Shown: piece after piece, positions 43,692 to 45,927 of the stretch
How the letters are laid out: each line of letters starts with the position of its first letter
Numbering within the stretch: the first letter of the stretch is position 1
From: Octopus bimaculoides
Taxonomy: Eukaryota
Assembly: GCF_001194135.2 (NCBI RefSeq)
Contig: NC_068982.1
Coordinates: 108,747,953-108,793,879 of the forward strand
Direction of reading: 5' to 3'
DNA: 45,927 bases
Notes under the pieces: model-generated
Databases searched by the model: none
The model's input: only the letters and a program-made list of their open reading frames with translations
Told to the model about the DNA's origin: nothing
Position numbers and translations under genes: made by a program

Positions 43692-44185
43692 TATTGTTTT
43701 GAGCTGAGTCCTAAACCAGGACTGCCATGTTATGTTGGCAAACAATCTTTACTACAAGTCTTCTCTGGTATCATCATAAAATGTATCCAGTATAGTCAGT
43801 AAAGTGGCTGACACACTAATGAGAGACAATGTAGAGAATGCAATTCAATTTTGCTAAGTACATGACATTTATTTAGCATTGATACCACAATAATATGCAC
43901 CTGTAGACTCTACAAAATGGGCATCTAATCATAGAAACAATAACAAAACTGGAAGTCATGGTTTTCTGTTCATCAAGCAGTGGAGTAACTTGAAATAAGA
44001 ACCAACTTCATCTATGGCAACCTATCCAACTGTCTGCATGGAAAGAGAATGCAAAATGTCGATGATCATGATGAACTTCAGTCAGGAAACACATTCCAAA
44101 TATTGTTGAGCTAGAATACATTCCTTCAAATATTTCTCAATTTATATTACTAGAAAGAGCTTTTTGACTTAGTATGTTACATCAA

Positions 44186-44402
44186 CCCTTTAGCATTTAA
44201 ACTGACCATATCTGGCCCAAATATTCTGTTTTATGTTCAAACCAGCCAGATTTGACCTCTCACACTTACCCTACAATGTCATTCTAAAAGTAAATAATTA
44301 CATCATCAAAATCTTGAAGCTACAAGATAATGCATTGATTAATTCAGAACAATATGAATCAATAAATATTAAATTTGACAGAATAATCTGAATGCTAAAA
44401 GG
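44186..44402. mobile_element. piggyBac-type MITE
   Basis: TCAA/TTAA flanks; TIR CCCTTTAGCATT / AATGCTAAAAGG. Confidence 0.75.
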
Positions 44403-45873
44403 TTAATTTGGCAAAAGAATGTATATGAATTTACATTGGCTAGACAGAATACTGTCCATAGGATTTCTTGACAACTTCACTCTACTCCTGTTGTGCTTGA
44501 GTCCAAACTATGACTCCTTGTAATTCCTCGTCTTTATTTGATTTTGAAGAGGTGTGTATACAGTGCTATGCAGATTGTCTCATAGACAGTAAATAACAAC
44601 TTCAACAACTTAGAAAACTGTACACTGATTTTCATGTAAAGATTGTATTTGCAGGAAATAATATCTGATATCAACAAACCTCTGGGTTTTTCCTGTGTCA
44701 GAATAATTGATTCAAAAACTAGATGGGAGGGGATTAGTGTATCTACTAACCCAGTGTGAATCATATATACAGAAAATACATGGAAGAAAGCAATGATATG
44801 AAATTTAGGAAGGGAAATTAAGTACTAGCAAAGTAGTATTTTAGTTATCTTGAATACTGTCAGGAAGAGTATTACTCAGATGATAAATTTACCTACTTCA
44901 AAGAAGTTACAGTGAAAGAGTGAAGTAATTACTTTCAAAAGGAACAAGTACCATTTTAAATAAAACAAGGCACAAACATATATGTCTTAAAATTAATTTT
45001 ATTCAGACATGTTTATAATATAGACAGAAAATATAAAGGGAAGGGGGAACGTGCATACATAATTTGCTTTGTACGCATACCGATACAAATATACATGCAC
45101 ATAAAAATTTTCAACTCACTTTTAGACATACATATAGACATCATTCGAACATGGGATTTTTAAAAAAAACAAACAAAAGCCAAGAAACTAAGTAGACGTT
45201 ACTTAAAACTTTCAGAATAAAATATGCATACATATTTTCAACATATGATTACAATAAGCACATACACACATGAAATGTGTGTGTGTTCACCTATGTGTGT
45301 ATACATGTGTTTATATGTATACACACACACATAAATGAATTCATATATATATGTGTGTGTGTGTGTGTGTGTCTGTGTGCATATATACATGATATACTTA
45401 AATATATATATATATATACACACACAGATTTATATAAATGTGTTTGCAAATCTATGTGTGCATTTATTTATAAACAAATACACATACACTTTAGCCATCC
45501 TGGTGCTTTATTAGAAGATACTTTCCCTGTGTGGCACCAAGGGCAAGTGTCTTCTACAACACCCTTCAGGTGACCAAAGCCTTGTCAGAGGATTTCATAG
45601 ACGCAATCTGAATATGTGCATAACTCTGTGTGTGCACACATGTACGTGTGTATTTGTGTCTCCTTGTCATGACATTGTGCAACAATTGTAAATGAATTTC
45701 ACTGTCACACAAGTGGTGTCCCTTGTTTCCAATCTTTTGTGAAAACATATAGACATAGAAAACTATTGTCTTGCTTGGAGACAGGTGGAATATAGAAAAA
45801 GGGCATCTGGCCCATCCAAGCATGGAAAAGTAGATATTAAAATGATAATAATGACCTCTACATGTTCATGTGC

Positions 45874-45927
<54 letters not shown>

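Larger units (their letters stand above)
43081..43757. mobile_element. Tandem ~348-bp unit (43081-43428 full, 43429-43643 partial) plus inverted segments (43646-43709, 43710-43757); Penelope-like pseudo-LTR or retrozyme-like
   Basis: Direct repeat starting GAAAATTACTATTTTTAAATCTCA at 43081 and 43429; downstream segments are reverse complements of 43284-43345 and 43480-43528; carries the hammerhead folds; no ORF. Confidence 0.6.

Overview
Eukaryotic, AT-rich, repeat-dense DNA, most likely from an Octopus genome (inferred from characteristic tRNA-derived SINE families, (GAT)n-tailed RTE LINEs and metazoan gene orthology). Two intron-containing housekeeping genes lie in tandem on the minus strand, both rebuilt by hand with GT-AG introns and consistent phases: SENP8/NEDP1 (6 coding exons, 19768->4364, 215 aa) and GTPBP3/MnmE, the mitochondrial tRNA-modification GTPase (8 coding exons, 39644->28096, 544 aa). 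The remainder is mostly transposon-derived: RTE and CR1-like LINE fragments, several SINE families, a solo LTR, a degenerate mariner, piggyBac-type and 8-bp-TSD MITEs and microsatellites. There is also an intron-containing tRNA-Tyr-like gene and a tRNA-Thr-like relic. The most interesting unexplained structure is at 43081-43757: a ~348-bp tandem unit plus inverted segments carrying two type I hammerhead-ribozyme folds, resembling a Penelope-like pseudo-LTR or a metazoan retrozyme. Three more hammerhead relics occur elsewhere in the window. Other leads are two GTPBP3 codons that A-to-I editing would restore to the conserved QRRQA motif, inverted LINE copies flanking an in-frame SENP8 exon, and a LINE tail encoding three C2H2 zinc fingers. 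No alignment, folding or database search was run, and repeat boundaries are approximate unless a TSD is quoted.
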